Below are positions 28,351 to 42,500 of a stretch of 64,000 bases of DNA, piece after piece. The position numbers were made by a program, and so were the translations under genes. The stretch is taken from contig NC_042999.1 of the NCBI RefSeq assembly GCF_006345805.1, positions 100,936,001-101,000,000 on the forward strand. Direction: 5' to 3'. Source of the DNA: Octopus sinensis (lineage: Eukaryota). Within the stretch, counting starts at the first letter, position 1. Each line of letters opens with the position of its first letter. Under the pieces are notes generated by a model. The model saw only the letters and a program-made list of their open reading frames with translations. It made no database searches and was not told where the DNA came from.

Positions 28351-28981
28351 TACCAGCTGGAAAGGTGCTAAATCTTCTACACTTCCCTACCTCACCTACT
28401 TATCCTCCACTCAACACTTGTATGTCATTCTTTATATTCACCTCCTTACCCACTTCCCATTTTTCACACTTGTATACACTTTTGCAACTTCTACCCATCT
28501 GCATTATTGATTCTTCTGCCCTACTCCTATATACCTCATACCTTGAAGGTCCACACAGATAATCCATCAAAGCTATATTATCTCTTCCCAATTTCACCCC
28601 CAATCACCATCACCCTATTTTCTATAATGTAAGTAACCATGTAACTCTTTTACAGCAAGAAACCTTTTCTATTTTAGCCCCTTCTTCCAACTCATCATCT
28701 CCTAACCATTAAACTACCTCTCTCAGGCCCCATGATTTTCCAAGATGCAAGGCAACCTCTTTAGGGCTGATGACACAAAAAGCACCCAGTACATGCTTTC
28801 AAGTGTTGGCATTAGGAAGGGCATCCAGATATAGAAACCACATAAATGAAGACAATGTAGACATGATGCAGTCTTTGGGCATCATATCTATGGACAGTAT
28901 GTGATGATGATGCTGATGAGGATGATGATGATATATAAATATATATATAATTGATAGCAACAAAAGTAATATTAATACCAA

Positions 28982-29208
28982 AAGGTAATATTTATCTTTG
29001 GTTAAAACTAGACGTTGTGTTACAACATTGAATATTGTGTTATTTACAATGAAATGACCTCTCATATGGCCTTGACGGTTATTGCCTCTCAGCGATATAA
29101 ACACGATTGCTTTTATACACCACAAGTTCATATGAAAGGTCTCTCATAGTAAATAACATAGTATTTGGTATTCTAACATGACATCCACTTTTAGTGGAAG
29201 ATAAATAT

Positions 29209-29214
<6 letters not shown>
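28982..29214. mobile_element. Foldback MITE-like element with long terminal inverted repeats
   Basis: 17-bp perfect TIR AAGGTAATATTTATCTT / AAGATAAATATTACCTT extending imperfectly for ~90 bp; the right end abuts (TA)n. Confidence 0.8.
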
Positions 29215-29241
<27 letters not shown>

Positions 29242-29556
29242 GATTTTATTATAAACTGACAAAAACATATATGGTTTTTATTATAAATTGATAAAAACAT
29301 GCACACACACACACATATATATATATATATAATATATGTATGTATGTATATGTATATTTTTTTGTTGAGTTATGATGAAAACAATTTTGCGTTAACTTTA
29401 AGGATTATTCAATACTTTTTGCCAAATACATATTTATCGTTCTTTTACAGGAATAGTGTTAGAATAATATTGACATTGACTTCAAATATTAACCTGCTTA
29501 AGGGGGCTAAGCAGGTTGAAATTTTGAAGGCACTGTCAATACTATTCTTGTAAAAG

Positions 29557-29596
<40 letters not shown>

Positions 29597-30564
29597 AGAG
29601 AGATGGGAAAGCAAAGAAAAATATATGCTCATATATATTCCTAAATCAAATTGCAAAATTGTACAAACAGTTATGAAGGAGTTTAGAGTTCTTAAATATA
29701 TGATGTGCCAATAAGCCAGCTAATAAATCTATGTCTTAGGATATGATAGAGAAAAATGGACATGAAATATATAAAGAGGATAAGACTGATACAACCCTGT
29801 AATCTGTGTGTGAAAACACTACACATAAACCTGTGTGCACACACATTCACATACACCATTATACTGATTAAATTAACAGAATTGTTAAACCTTTATCACA
29901 AAATTTTATGAGAATATGTTTGAGTCCATATCTGAGCTGAAGATACTATGATTGATACAATACAGATGAAATATGAAATAATGTAAATATAGCTGCTGTT
30001 CCAGAATGACCTTGGCCTTGATGGTTAAAACTAACCCAAAGTCTGCTTATACACACACACACGTATATATCATCATCATTTAATGTCTATTTTCCATGCT
30101 AACAAAAATAGAAGAATTTGACAGGAATGGGAAAGTCAGGGGACTACACCAAGCTCCACTGTTAGCAAGATTTTTATGGCTAGATGCCCTTCCAAACACC
30201 AACCATTCTACAGAGTAACTCGTAGGATGGGACCCCTCAACTGGGGGGGGGGGTAGTAGTATTGAGGGACAGAAAGGTGTTTTGCATTAGAAGGGAGACA
30301 TGGTTTCTTCAGATGGAAAAGAGAGGTTGGAGATAGAAGGTTATGATATAACAGAGGAGACAGGGGCTGTATACCCAAGTTACAAGGAAGTGCATATAGT
30401 GGAGTGGGGATTCGATTGGGAGGTAGGTGAGTGAGTCCGCAACATTTCAAGAGGAGAATGGAAACTAGAAGTGGGGGAAAGGGAAGGGATTTAACAGGAG
30501 AATATTGTGGTATATAAGTGGATACATAAGGCAAAATGGAGGGGAAGGTGAATACATACACATA

Positions 30565-31330
30565 TACACTATTTTATTAGAGCTGAAAAAATTCACAAAC
30601 TGTTACTCAGAGTTTCATGTAACCATTCGTCATAATGGTTACAAAATAATGAAATTTTATAAATTGTGTGTATAAATATTTGTAGATATCAGTTCAACAA
30701 ATGGGCATTTAAATCTGATGAGGTAACTTATTTGAAAAAAATAAGTGTATAAATGGTTGCAAGTGGTTGGTTGTAGCAGAGAAATAACTATAAACAATAG
30801 TTGAATAATAAAAAAAAAAAAAACTTGATGTAAAAACAAGCAAAACAATTTACAGAAAATAAGAGGCTATGCTAAGAAACAGAAATTGCAAATGATTAAA
30901 AAGAAGTCAAAACAGAGGAGGTGAGGGTTAAACTGAAATTTAAATTAAAGATTAAAATCTGTTGAGATTAAAATAAGTAAACAAATAAAAATACGCTAAT
31001 AAAAGAAACAAAAAATAGAGAGAGAAGGAAAGTAGAAAAGAAAGAGATGTAGACAAAGCTTTTTGATTCAATTGTTGCTTATCCTATTTCTTTATTACAG
31101 TCAACACCAACTTGCAGTCATTTATACACTGCTTTTGTTTTTTGTTTTTTTTTTTCTGTTCAAATTAGTTACAAGTTACCCAGTTATATTTAAATATTTA
31201 TTCTACAAAATATTACATATAAACACAATTTATAAATTTTTATTATTCTGTATTATCACAACTGTTTGATGAACAATCATATGAAACTATGTAACAGTTT
31301 GTGAATCTTTTCATCTTTAATATAGTGTTT
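30565..31330. repeat. Inverted pair of ~250-bp Penelope-pLTR-like repeats, each with a degenerate hammerhead motif
   Basis: 30565-30810 aligns to the reverse complement of 31065-31330 (shared TTTATAAATTGTGT, AGTGTATAAATG..TGCAAGT, GTAACAGTTTGTGAAT). Confidence 0.75.
31260..31299 (+). ncRNA. Degenerate minimal hammerhead motif (C3>U)
   Basis: AACUGU UUGAUGA ACAAUCAUAU GAAA CUAUG UA ACAGUU: perfect 6-bp stem I, GUA triplet, one core substitution. Confidence 0.6.
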
Positions 31331-32688
31331 TACTCAGCCTTTAGTATTCGAGTACCATTTTCTCCACCTTGTTTTGTATGTATGTGTGTGTGTGTGTGTT
31401 AGTTAGTACAATAAATAGAATGATACAAATATTAGTTACATATTACAGTAAAATCTACCTATAACAACAAATTCACAGTAAAATTTGCCTCAGTTATAGC
31501 CTAAGTTATTGCCAAGTCTTCACACTTTTAGTTTTTACCTAATGCCTATTTTTTACATAATGAATTTGCATACCATATATACTACTCTACTTTGCTGAAT
31601 TAGTACTTCTGGCTCTCATTTTTTAAATATTCCAGTGAGTGAATATTTTAACAAAATGATGGTACCTTTTCTTTAATTATAATGTTACTTTGTAAATTAA
31701 AATCAAGTAATTTCTAGTATTCAAATTCTATCCTTAGCTGCAATATTTTAAGTAAAATTTTTCTTGTTCTGTACTTTATCAGATGCAAGAAGTTGTCCTG
31801 AACTTTTCCAAGTGTAATAACTTGTCCTGTAATTTTCCAAGAATATTATTTCCCTTGCCTGCATTTTTCCATGTAATCTATGTTTTTTCCAGGCTATGCT
31901 ATTATGCTAATTAATAATATGTCAAATGTGTTAATTAGCGGTGTCATTGATAATTTTTCCCTACCCCAATGATGCCTGTGACATATATTAAAAGTCCCCT
32001 TATAGAACTATATTCATAAAAAAGTATAGAACTATATGATCACCCTCAAATTTAAGAAACAACCACTCATAATTTTTCCTTTTAAGACTTCATTTCATGA
32101 GCTTGACACCATGAAATTCCTTGAACTGAGCCCTATCATTTAAGCTTAATTAAAATATAATTTGTTTTTAAAATAAAAAAAGTTAATTATACTTAAATCC
32201 AATTTTTTGCTTTACTTATATTTGATACAAATTTTTGTTGCATGGGACCAAAGCTATGAAATTCTTCATGTTTTCTTCTATTATTGAAGCTAAGATAAAT
32301 ATATTTTGCTTTTAAAATAAAAAAGTTACTCTCTTAAAACATTGCTACAAATTTTGCTGTAAACTTTTTTCTACTGGATCAAATCTCAAATTTTTATGCC
32401 AAAATGTAGCTAGAGACCAGTCCTCTTCAAAAATGTTAACAGTTTAGTTTGGTTAAGAGCTGAATTAGTGACAAGCTCTGAAAGATGTTGCATGTGAGTA
32501 AACTACGGCCTTAAGAATATTATTCAACTACTACCTTAGTTGAATGATATATATGTGTGTGTGTGTGTGTGTGTGCGTGTGTGTATGCCAAACAAACAAC
32601 TGAAGTCTGGACAGACTCCCCGGCTGACCTGCTCCTATCAAACCGTCCAACCCATGCCAGCATGGAAAATGAATGTATGATGACAATG

Positions 32689-32691
<3 letters not shown>

Positions 32692-32738
<47 letters not shown>
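32692..32738. repeat. (TA)n microsatellite (representative)
   Basis: Directly visible; others at ~3655-3722, 29215-29241, 51570-51606, 54142-54180, 62397-62429, 63247-63281. Confidence 0.95.
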
Positions 32739-32746
<8 letters not shown>

Positions 32747-35700
32747 ACTAGATATTATTTGATATTGACAATAGTGGTAGAGAAACAGTATATCAGCTAC
32801 ATCTTACCCTTCACAAATAAAAACCCTAGCAGTCCCAAATATACATCATTCAGAAAGAAAACTGATGACCATGGCTGGAACAGCTTTGTCTTATTCCATA
32901 TTATTGCACTTTATTTTTATATATTCTTATGACATTCTGTATGCAGGGACTAAGTACAGTTCATGTTTATGTATCCACATATATTGTTGTACATGGATAC
33001 ATACATAAACATGAAATCTGTTGATATTTGTAGTTATGTGAAATTAAATGGAGAGGAAAATGAAATGGAGTTTTAACCAAACATTATTACTGATATAAGA
33101 GATACATACAAAAATTATTATATCTTGAAGTAATTTCAGTATTTCTTCCATCTCTTTACATTCTGACTTCAAATCCAGCAGAAGGCAACTATGCCTTTCA
33201 TTCTTTCTGGGTCAATAAAATTAAGCAAATTTTGAAATGTAAGGTATACTTTTTTAATAAATGTACAAATTTAGCCCCTTGCTGTGAAATGAAAACAAAG
33301 CAGTTATACTATAGGCTTGATCTTTCCATGGGTCGAAAAAGGTTGGGGCAATCTGGCTAGTTTCATATCTTCTTGGAGCTTCACCAGAGAAAGACTAGCC
33401 ATCTTTTGTCACCAGCAGCTTATAGCTATTTATTGTTTACAAACTAAGGCTTAGTTAAGCTGATTAGTCTAATTTGCATAGCAGTACATGAACTGACAAT
33501 GTGGGTTAGATAATCAATACACAGCACACAAAACTTTTCACAATGAAGATAAAATTCTATGTTTATTAAAATGTTAAACCTAACATTTCAAATTATCCTG
33601 AAATGCTGCTTAGTGCATCCTAAATTAACCATTGTGTATGTGTATTTCAAATTGAGAAGTTTCAACATAGCTAACTACTTAAGAATTTCAATGAGAAAGG
33701 AAAAAGTTGCAGATCTCTTTCAGCAACATTGAATTTCACAACTAAATCAATCAGAGATGTTGTTCGATAAATTAGATTTAGTAATTACTTGTATACTTGT
33801 GAATTAAATGTGACCATATATAAATTTAAATTTCCTAAGAATCTTAATTGCTTGTTTAGCTAGTCTATATATTTTATTTTCATTGTGCCTCCAATTCTTA
33901 AAATGCAAGAATGTCTTTGCATGTAGATTATCTGCATATAGATACATATACAAATAGAGACATGGTGTGATTTTTACTTTTTTAGTGTATTTCATCTATG
34001 TAGTATAATACATATCCTACAAATGGAGAAAATCAAATGTGAAGAGAAATTCTTATTTCATGCCTTAGTTGAAAATTCAAATAACTTTAGTTGTGTTAAC
34101 AGTTTACAACAGTCCTATGATTAAAATAATGAAATAAGGACAATTATATTTTTAATGTAATTGTTATTTCTCTTTTATGTAAACACTGAATTACATTAAA
34201 TACTTGAGGATGATGCTAAGAACTCTCTCTCTCTCTCTCTCTCCTCTATTTTCTTATTGTTATCCTGAGTTTACAACACCATTACTCAACATTGTGCATT
34301 TCAATCTGTTTGCTTTGTCTATTTGTACCATTGTTAGATTTTCAACATGTATGTGTGTGTGCGTGTATGCATGTGTGTGTATGTGTGTGTGTGTTTGCTT
34401 ATGTGCATGTGCATACATATGTACTTTTCTTTAGTTTCCCTGTGGTGCTTTGTTTTTATATAATATTCCCTTCTGATACCACTGACCAGGAAAAGTAACT
34501 TGGTAGTAAATCAAGTCTCTCTTTCTCTCACACACACACACTGATTCATTTACACTATATCCCTGCCAAACTCTCACCTTTTTATCTCTACAAAAAGTGT
34601 GTGTGTGTGTGCATGTGTATGTGTGTGCATGTATGCACGCATGTGCACACACTTCCACCTCATTCACTCAGTCTCACCCTCACAGTACCACCTTTTTGTC
34701 TTCTTACCCTTCCTCCCTATGATTAAAATAATATGAGAGATAAAATTATTAGTGAAATCATTGTCTTTTATTTCCCTATACTTGTATGGCTGCACATTAC
34801 AGACCTCTTTGATTTACTTCCAATTAGACACACACACATTCCTAACATCTAGTTCTGTTGATAGTGAAATGATCTACTGGCAGAAAAGTTGGGGATTCCT
34901 ATCCCACTTTTAATATTTCTTTGTATCTGTAACACAGATAATCACCTTTCAAAGACACCTAACTTCCAATCTACATAAGTGACCAACAAACATCCTACAA
35001 TCACTACACTACAGATGTAGTGTCCAAACTTTTTCTTTACTATTTTTGCTCCTTCTCAGACAAGAAGGCTTTGTATCACCACTATCTACGCTTACATTAA
35101 GTACCTGCCATTTCTCTTTTCATTATCCTTACTGTAACTCACTCCCAAAGTCAATATTAAACAGACTGAGACTTTCCTTCCTATAACGCAATACTCTGGC
35201 ACTCACTTTCCCATATTTTCCTTATGAGCATCTGTCAACAAAACCTCAAAGCAAATTCAACTGTGTTGATCTCACCAGTCTAGTGGGGCCAACTAAAGAT
35301 ATAGACTCTGTTACTTCTCCTCAAGAATTGTTGCCCCCCACCCAAAAGAAATGATAAATAAATAAATAAAACTAAAAAATCTAGGGAGATCCAATTCATT
35401 GTTGTAAGCAGTAATGTATGATAATTGACGAGTGCTTTATTAGCTTGCAATGCTAACCTGAAACTCTTATGTGACTCACTCCAATACACTTTTCTTTGAA
35501 ATACATACAGGACATTACTTTTTCTTTTTAATACCCAATTAGCTTTTAAGTACATTTAATTAGCTTCAATTATTTATACTATCACTTCAACTTTTCCCCC
35601 ATACAAGAGCAAAGAAATATTTGTTGCAAATATACAAACTTAGGTGCAATTAATACTGTGACACATCTGTACAACAAGAATGATGATTAGGATTGCTGAG

Positions 35701-36338
35701 AAAATCTAGCTGATCTGTGAACATCTGCATGTGAATACAGATATTATATGATCAAACACCCAATAATGATGATTTGATGGTAGTTATAAAAATATTGTCT
35801 GTGGATGATTTGAATGTAACATTAATGAGACTAATGATACTGGAACAAAAGACGTTAGGTTGATTCCTAATTTAACACTCACAATTTAATGATGATTAAA
35901 ATGTCATATTGATCATAAGGAAAAGACGCACTATAAAATTTATGAGAAAAATAAAACAATCATTTGTAGGTAACAATAAAAAGAAAACTGTCTGAAATAA
36001 ATCATTCAAACATCCTTCTTTTTCTTGTTAATATAAAATATTGTATTTTATGGTTACAATATTCTTTACTTAATTTGTCTGTCCTCACCCTATTTTTCTA
36101 AGTTCACATATCATTACCAAGAAAAATTGTGAACATTTACATATTTATTAAGTGCATACATTTGTCTCTTTACTTAATGTTTTCTAGTTTTGAAAAGCCC
36201 TTTCAAATTTTTTTTATTATAAGCATATATTAAGCCCATTGTAACATTTTCTGAAGTAACATTTTTACGACAATATACTTAAAGATTTCTAAAGCTTGAA
36301 TTATTTCAAATGTAGAAAACATTTTTAGGAAATAAAAC

Positions 36339-36409
<71 letters not shown>

Positions 36410-38239
36410 CTACAATGAAAGCAACTGTGCACCATAAGACACATTTATGTAGGTAGCCATCACAAATATGGAAAATAAAGATTTTTATTTTAGTTTTAGA
36501 AATAATTAACTTGCTTTAGAAAAAGATCTTAAAATTTTATACAGGCACAGGAGTGGCTGTGTGGTAAGTAGCTTGCTTACCAAACAACAAATAAAAGAAT
36601 AAAATATTTATAAAAAAATTGTTTTTATTGTTAGCATTAATTGATATAGTATGTAAGTTTCAATGTAATTTCATTGAAGACTTTTAGTCTCCCACCATAT
36701 ACTGTTCTGAACATATATGTATTAATATGTATATAAATATATATACACACACACAGAGTAATTTAAATGTCTCTTTAGCATTAATGTAACAAGCTAACAA
36801 CAACCAGGGTCAGTTGAACTTTTTAATGTACATGTTGTCTCCTTTTTCTCTGTTCCATCCTTCAACTCTCCCAAATATAGCCTTCACTCACCTCCTCATA
36901 AGGCAGATCTTAATTCATCTAATATTTAATTTCTGAGAATGCTGTATAAGACAACTAGAAATTAATTGGGGTTATGATCAATGTCTATGTGAAAGAATTT
37001 AAAAGAAAGAATAAATTTGAAGCCTTATTTCTGCTGTTTCTGCTATGTTTTGCTTGTCCAGCTAATGTTGGAAAATGATAGATTCCCATGAAGTCTGGCT
37101 ATAAAAAGCAGTTGACTATGAGGTGCTGAGGATAAAGTGACAGAAATACAGAGAGGAAAACAAAACAAGTATATTTATATAGAACTGGTGAGATAGAAAA
37201 AAAGGAGGGTTAATAGTTTAGATTTTCAATAAAGTCAAAGACTTGTGCAATCAAAGAGATAACTTATGTATCCAGAATCAAAGGTTACTATGGAATACAG
37301 TTCTTGAATACAAAGAAAAAGGAATCTCAGTAATGCAACATTATATTCCAGTATTTAAATCCTTAATTAATGCCAAAGATATTGTTAATAATTAATAGCA
37401 CTAATTTCAAAATACTGATTTTTTAACAGACACAAGCTGCAAATTTGGAGGAGGGTATATTCAATTATATAAAACTTCAGAGTTTTTTTGGTATTTATTC
37501 TAGTGATGCCAGAAGGATAAACAGTAAAGTCTTTGAATCTGGTGAGATTGTCAACCCTTTACTATTTCTACCAATCAATCACAAAGATGAAAACAACTGA
37601 CTGAAGTAACATTTGAACTCAGAATGTAAAGAGACTTGACTTAATATTGCTCTCTACCGATTTTGTCATCTCATGCCAATTCTCCAATTTAACAGCATTA
37701 CACTATAGTGAAAACAGTTTGTACTCAAATGGACTACTATATAGATGTTTACTTTTCACAGTAGTGGTCATTAAATATCATAAAATACATAAGCAATTTG
37801 ATAAGCTAGTGAGGGAAATTCTGTGCTACTCAGCCTATCAGCTTATAATCCCACTGGCAAAAAATAAAATAAAATAAAAAAGAGTATATATTGGATAAAG
37901 CTATCCCAGATAAACTTTGAACAAAAAATATGACAGTCATTAGATCTACTTGACCAGGGCCAACTTGAGGCTAGACAAAATCAAGTCAAGCAATTTGATG
38001 TTTTTAATAATAAATAAACATAAATGCATACTTTAAAATCAATAATTTACAAAATGTGTGGGAAATGAATGAGTTGTTAAGATTGCTGGAATGTTAGGTT
38101 CAAATCTTGCCATAGAGTTTGTATTTGTGGAATCACTCTAAACAAGACTCTGCTGCTTTAAATTAACTAAACTGAAAATAGACAGCAACTTGTTTTTCTC
38201 ATTTGAAAGGTTGGTGTTAGGAAGTTTATCTACAATTGA

Positions 38240-38423
38240 CTGGCCCCCATGCCGGTGGCACATAAAAGCACCCACTACACTCTCGGAGTGGATGGCGTTA
38301 GGAAGGGCATCAAGCTGTAGAAACTCTGCCAGATCAAGATTGGAGCCTGATGCAGCTATTTGTTTCACCAGCCCTCAGTCCAATTGTCCAACCCATGCTA
38401 GCATGGAAAGCGGACATTAAACA

Positions 38424-38458
<35 letters not shown>
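38240..38458 (+). mobile_element. SINE family C (AAAAGCACCCACTACACTCTCGGAGTGG...CCCATGCTAGCATGGAAAG..(GAT)n tail)
   Basis: Copies at ~22640-22850(+), 25745-25860(+), 28765-28930(+), 30070-30230(-), 32600-32690(+), 53715-53830(-), 62915-63236(+). Confidence 0.85.
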
Positions 38459-41400
38459 ATAACATTGCTATTATCTGAGGTTTCAGAATAATGTTAAACT
38501 AGTTATTGTGAAAAATATGCATGCAAAACATATTTAAAAGAAAACACTTACTGGTAATATCTTCCCTAAGTATCATGACCTGATTGAAATCTTGAAAGCA
38601 TTTCATTATCAATAAGTTAACATTATTATTGTCAGTTATATTGATTATATAAATTTAAACACAGGTTCAGTGGTGCAAGGTGATCAATTAATTTAGCACT
38701 GGCATAGGGAGTAACATATTAAACTACAATTTTGTTTTTATGAATACATTAAAATGTGAGAGCATAAAATAATTCATTGTAAAGCATTTCAAAGTAGTGT
38801 TCTATTCAGAGAGCTTTTCAAAGAAATTGTTTAAAGTGATCAAATATTTTTCTGTTTCATCCTCTCTGACTCTTACCCACACACATACATGTGTACAAAC
38901 AAATTTATACATACAAATACTCAGAGATACTCAACAATCTATAAGTGTGTTTGTGAGTGTGTTTATGTGTATATGTGGCTTAACAAAAAAAACATGATTT
39001 CATTATAATTTAAATAAACTTAATTATGACTTTGATTATATAATTTTAAGATGGGGTCAAACCTTATCTGTTTGAAAGGAATTCAGTAAAATTATTAGAT
39101 AAAATGGCATATAAACTATTGTACACTAAGGTAATAAGCAGTAAATTTTTCTCTGACCTTCATTAACAATTCTAGAATCAGCTTCCTTGTTAAAAAGGAA
39201 TGCTAAGGCGAAAGACTAGAGTTGTTGGTACTATTTAACCCCAGGTCAACCTTGATGAAGCAGACCTGTAATCAGAGGCTTTGCAGTTACAAAAATATAT
39301 CTTTTCCTTCTATAGACACAGTGCACTTATGATGACATTATCCAATGTGACTTTTCTAGCTGTAATTTGAGGAAGATTTGGCTACTATATTTAGCATGAT
39401 GATTAACCACATTGCCCTATTATCTTATTATTACCTTATTATTTTACTAATAACTTATTATCTTACATTATCTTATTATCTTACTATTATAAATATCATT
39501 GTATATTCTCTAGATAGGTACAAAACCTATGGGGTTTTTTATATTTAAGTAAAACAAATTCAAGCTGTGATATCCATCTTGTGTAATTTAAAGGAAATTA
39601 TTCCAATTAGAAATTAAGAGAGGCATGCATACAGCCAGCTAATTGTTATTTAATGATATGTGCCACAATGCATCCTAAAACTAATAAAAGTCATTAGTTT
39701 ACTTTTAATCACTGAAACCTAATCCAAAATTTAATGATATCCTCAATCCAAGAAATAAAGAAACAAGTAAACGGACAATCAAATCCAAATGAGATAATTA
39801 AACTCAAAACATTAGCTTCAACTGTGACTTTTTGTTTATAATGAATCTGGTGTTTTGAATTACAATATCAACAGATCAGGAAGGTGAATTGTTAAGTAAT
39901 TGGAGATGGTTGGTATTGTCAATTGTTGCTGGTAGAAACATGAGATGGGAAGAGATGAATATAATTGGAAATGATTGGCATTTGCCAATGAAAGGCATTT
40001 GTTGCTGGTAGGAACATGAAATAGGAATAGATATATGATGGACACGGAAAAACAAAAACAACTATTGAAAGTCAGTATTAGAAGATATTCATAGTAGGAA
40101 TAGACAAAATAACCTTCAGATGAAGTAGTTAGGTCATACTTGGGATTATTGGTACTTTCAGAGAAGATAAGGCAAGATCAAGAAACATGTAAAGATGCAG
40201 TCTGGTATACCAATTTAACCCATTCTAACATGAAAAATAAAGTCATAACTATTAACATGATGATGATGGCAGCTTAGTGACTGGGGTGAAGGCCAATTAA
40301 TCTAAATAACAAACTGTAAGTTTTAATTATAACCCCTGTAGAGTTCAAATTAGAAAGGTGACTGAATGAACTAGATTAGAAATGGTTACCATAGAGATTA
40401 AAGTACTCTAAGTTAATGTATTGCAAGAATAAATGAGAAACAAAAGAGTTTCTATAGGGCAGTAGTACTCATAAGAAAAAAAACTACATGTAATATTTGG
40501 TGCATCAAATTAAAACAGAAACACAAGAAGGAGTAGCAGGTGCTACAGCCAGTCTATATTATAAAAACCAACAACTAGAATTTGTTATTCTAAATGATTG
40601 TAACAAAGATAAATCTGCCAGAGACACAGCGATCACATGTAGGTGACAGATCAGGCATTACTATCTGGTGTGTGTCATCACTGGTAAAAGTTTCAAACCT
40701 GCATTGGCACGATTTTGTCAAGCATTTTTTTTTTTGTGCACATCAACTGAATAATAAACTTACTGATAAAGATTCAAATGGATGTTACTTTCACTTGTAG
40801 CAGTTACTGTTGTCAATGTAAGAGAATATGTAGCAGGGACAATAAAAAGGATGATGTTGTTTTAGAGAAGCAGACTAAAGAACACTTATGATAGAAAAGG
40901 AGCAACATATGAATATTATTGAAAATGGGGGAGAAGAGAGTCATATAAAATATAAAGATAAGCCAATGAACAATTACCAAGTTATATATGTTATTTACCA
41001 CAGAGTCATACACTTCATTTATAGAGTTTAATCTGTCAAAAAAATTGTTTGAAAGAGTAGGTTATTTGATAATTCCCATTAAATTCACAGAACTACTTGT
41101 GGTAAGAAAACTTAATATAAACCACCTCCATCTTAATAGTGCGGCAGTTTATAGATATATTTCATACAAGACAGTTGCATTCAGCTAGTTTACCTGAGAT
41201 GCAAGTTTTTCTCTTGTTTACTCTTTGAAAAAGTTCAGTGATCAGTGTACAAATCCAGTATACTAAACATGATATATTTCATGTGAGACAATACTAAATA
41301 CATCATCACATGTTATAGTGAACATATGACAGTCTAGAAATATTCCATCAAATTTACTCTAGTATGTCCATAAATTTTGGAGATAACTGAAACAGGAGTA

Positions 41401-42129
41401 GGAAGACAAAACTTAGGTAAATTGTGTAATTTAGACACTTCTGCTAATTTTCACCCAGGCTGTTCCCAAATTCAGTTTGATGGTGATGGTCTTTCATTTT
41501 TTTTTTTTTTAAATTTCTATGAAAAATGCCAAACTATGAAAGGGTAGCTGAGATGAATAAGTTAAGGTGCAATATGTTCATGTGCTGAGGTGTGATTTCT
41601 ACCAGCATATGAGTGTGTGTGGTGGTAGTGTCTTTAGTGATGGGCAGGGGTGCATTTGTCTTGCCATTTTAAAATTTCATGTTTATCATCAGTTTGGTAA
41701 TATTAATAGTATGTTTTAATATATTGTGTAAATGATACAGTCAGAATATTTTAAGGCACTTTCAGTAAACTAGGTCTACCATGATATTTATTTTCATAGT
41801 AAGGTTATTGTATAGCTCTAAGTCAATCCTGATAAGGCAAACCCACAGTCAAAAGTAATCCAGTTGGGCCATCATTTTTTGACATCCTAACTATTTTTTA
41901 AATGTACTTTGGAGTATATCATGCATCTTTTTCTATTTAAAGGTGGTTAGGTGTGATTTTAGGGACTTTTAGCAGTTATTTCTAGCAAGTCAATAATTTT
42001 CTTCTTTTGTATCTCATAAGAAGAAACACTCTTAATAGAAGCAGACAAAATTAAAGGACAACAGGATAGTGATATACAGATTCTTTGAGATGAAAGTTCA
42101 AAGGACCTAAGCACAAGTCCAGAAATAAA

Positions 42130-42500
42130 TACCAGCTTTATTGTTGATGCGTATTCTGAAGACATGAAAAGTTTCACTGAAGGGAGAGTGTGAAGGTGTT
42201 TAAGCTCGCTTTGTTTGTTAAAGTGGGCTGAGTTAAGATTTTTCTAGGTTTAGCATGTAATTTTTTTTGTCCCACTGAATATGGGAATCAGGTTAGAGTT
42301 TTATTTGATTCCCTGTACGATTAATCACATTCTACATGTTAGAATTATCTGTATGGTAATAAAGTTGGGATACAGATTAAAGTTTGGTGAAAAAAAGATG
42401 GTGTAAATGTATATTCTGATGGGAATGTTTCAGAGTTCATGTTTTAAAGTGTATGTGTGTACTTTAGAGTGTGTGTGATGGGGGATGTATATGTTTATAT
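42130..42500 (-). mobile_element. Possible decayed Penelope-like fragment
   Basis: Minus strand RKILTQPTL resembles KKILTQAKL of the 2038-3311 element; otherwise heavily decayed. Confidence 0.3.

Noticed and set aside
30715-30740. CTGATGA...GAAA on the plus strand
   Set aside because: No stem III or cleavage triplet, and not conserved in the inverted partner arm.
39921-40036. Local direct duplication of ~40 bp at 76-bp spacing
   Set aside because: Only two diverged units with no array structure; not CRISPR-like, and the DNA is eukaryotic.
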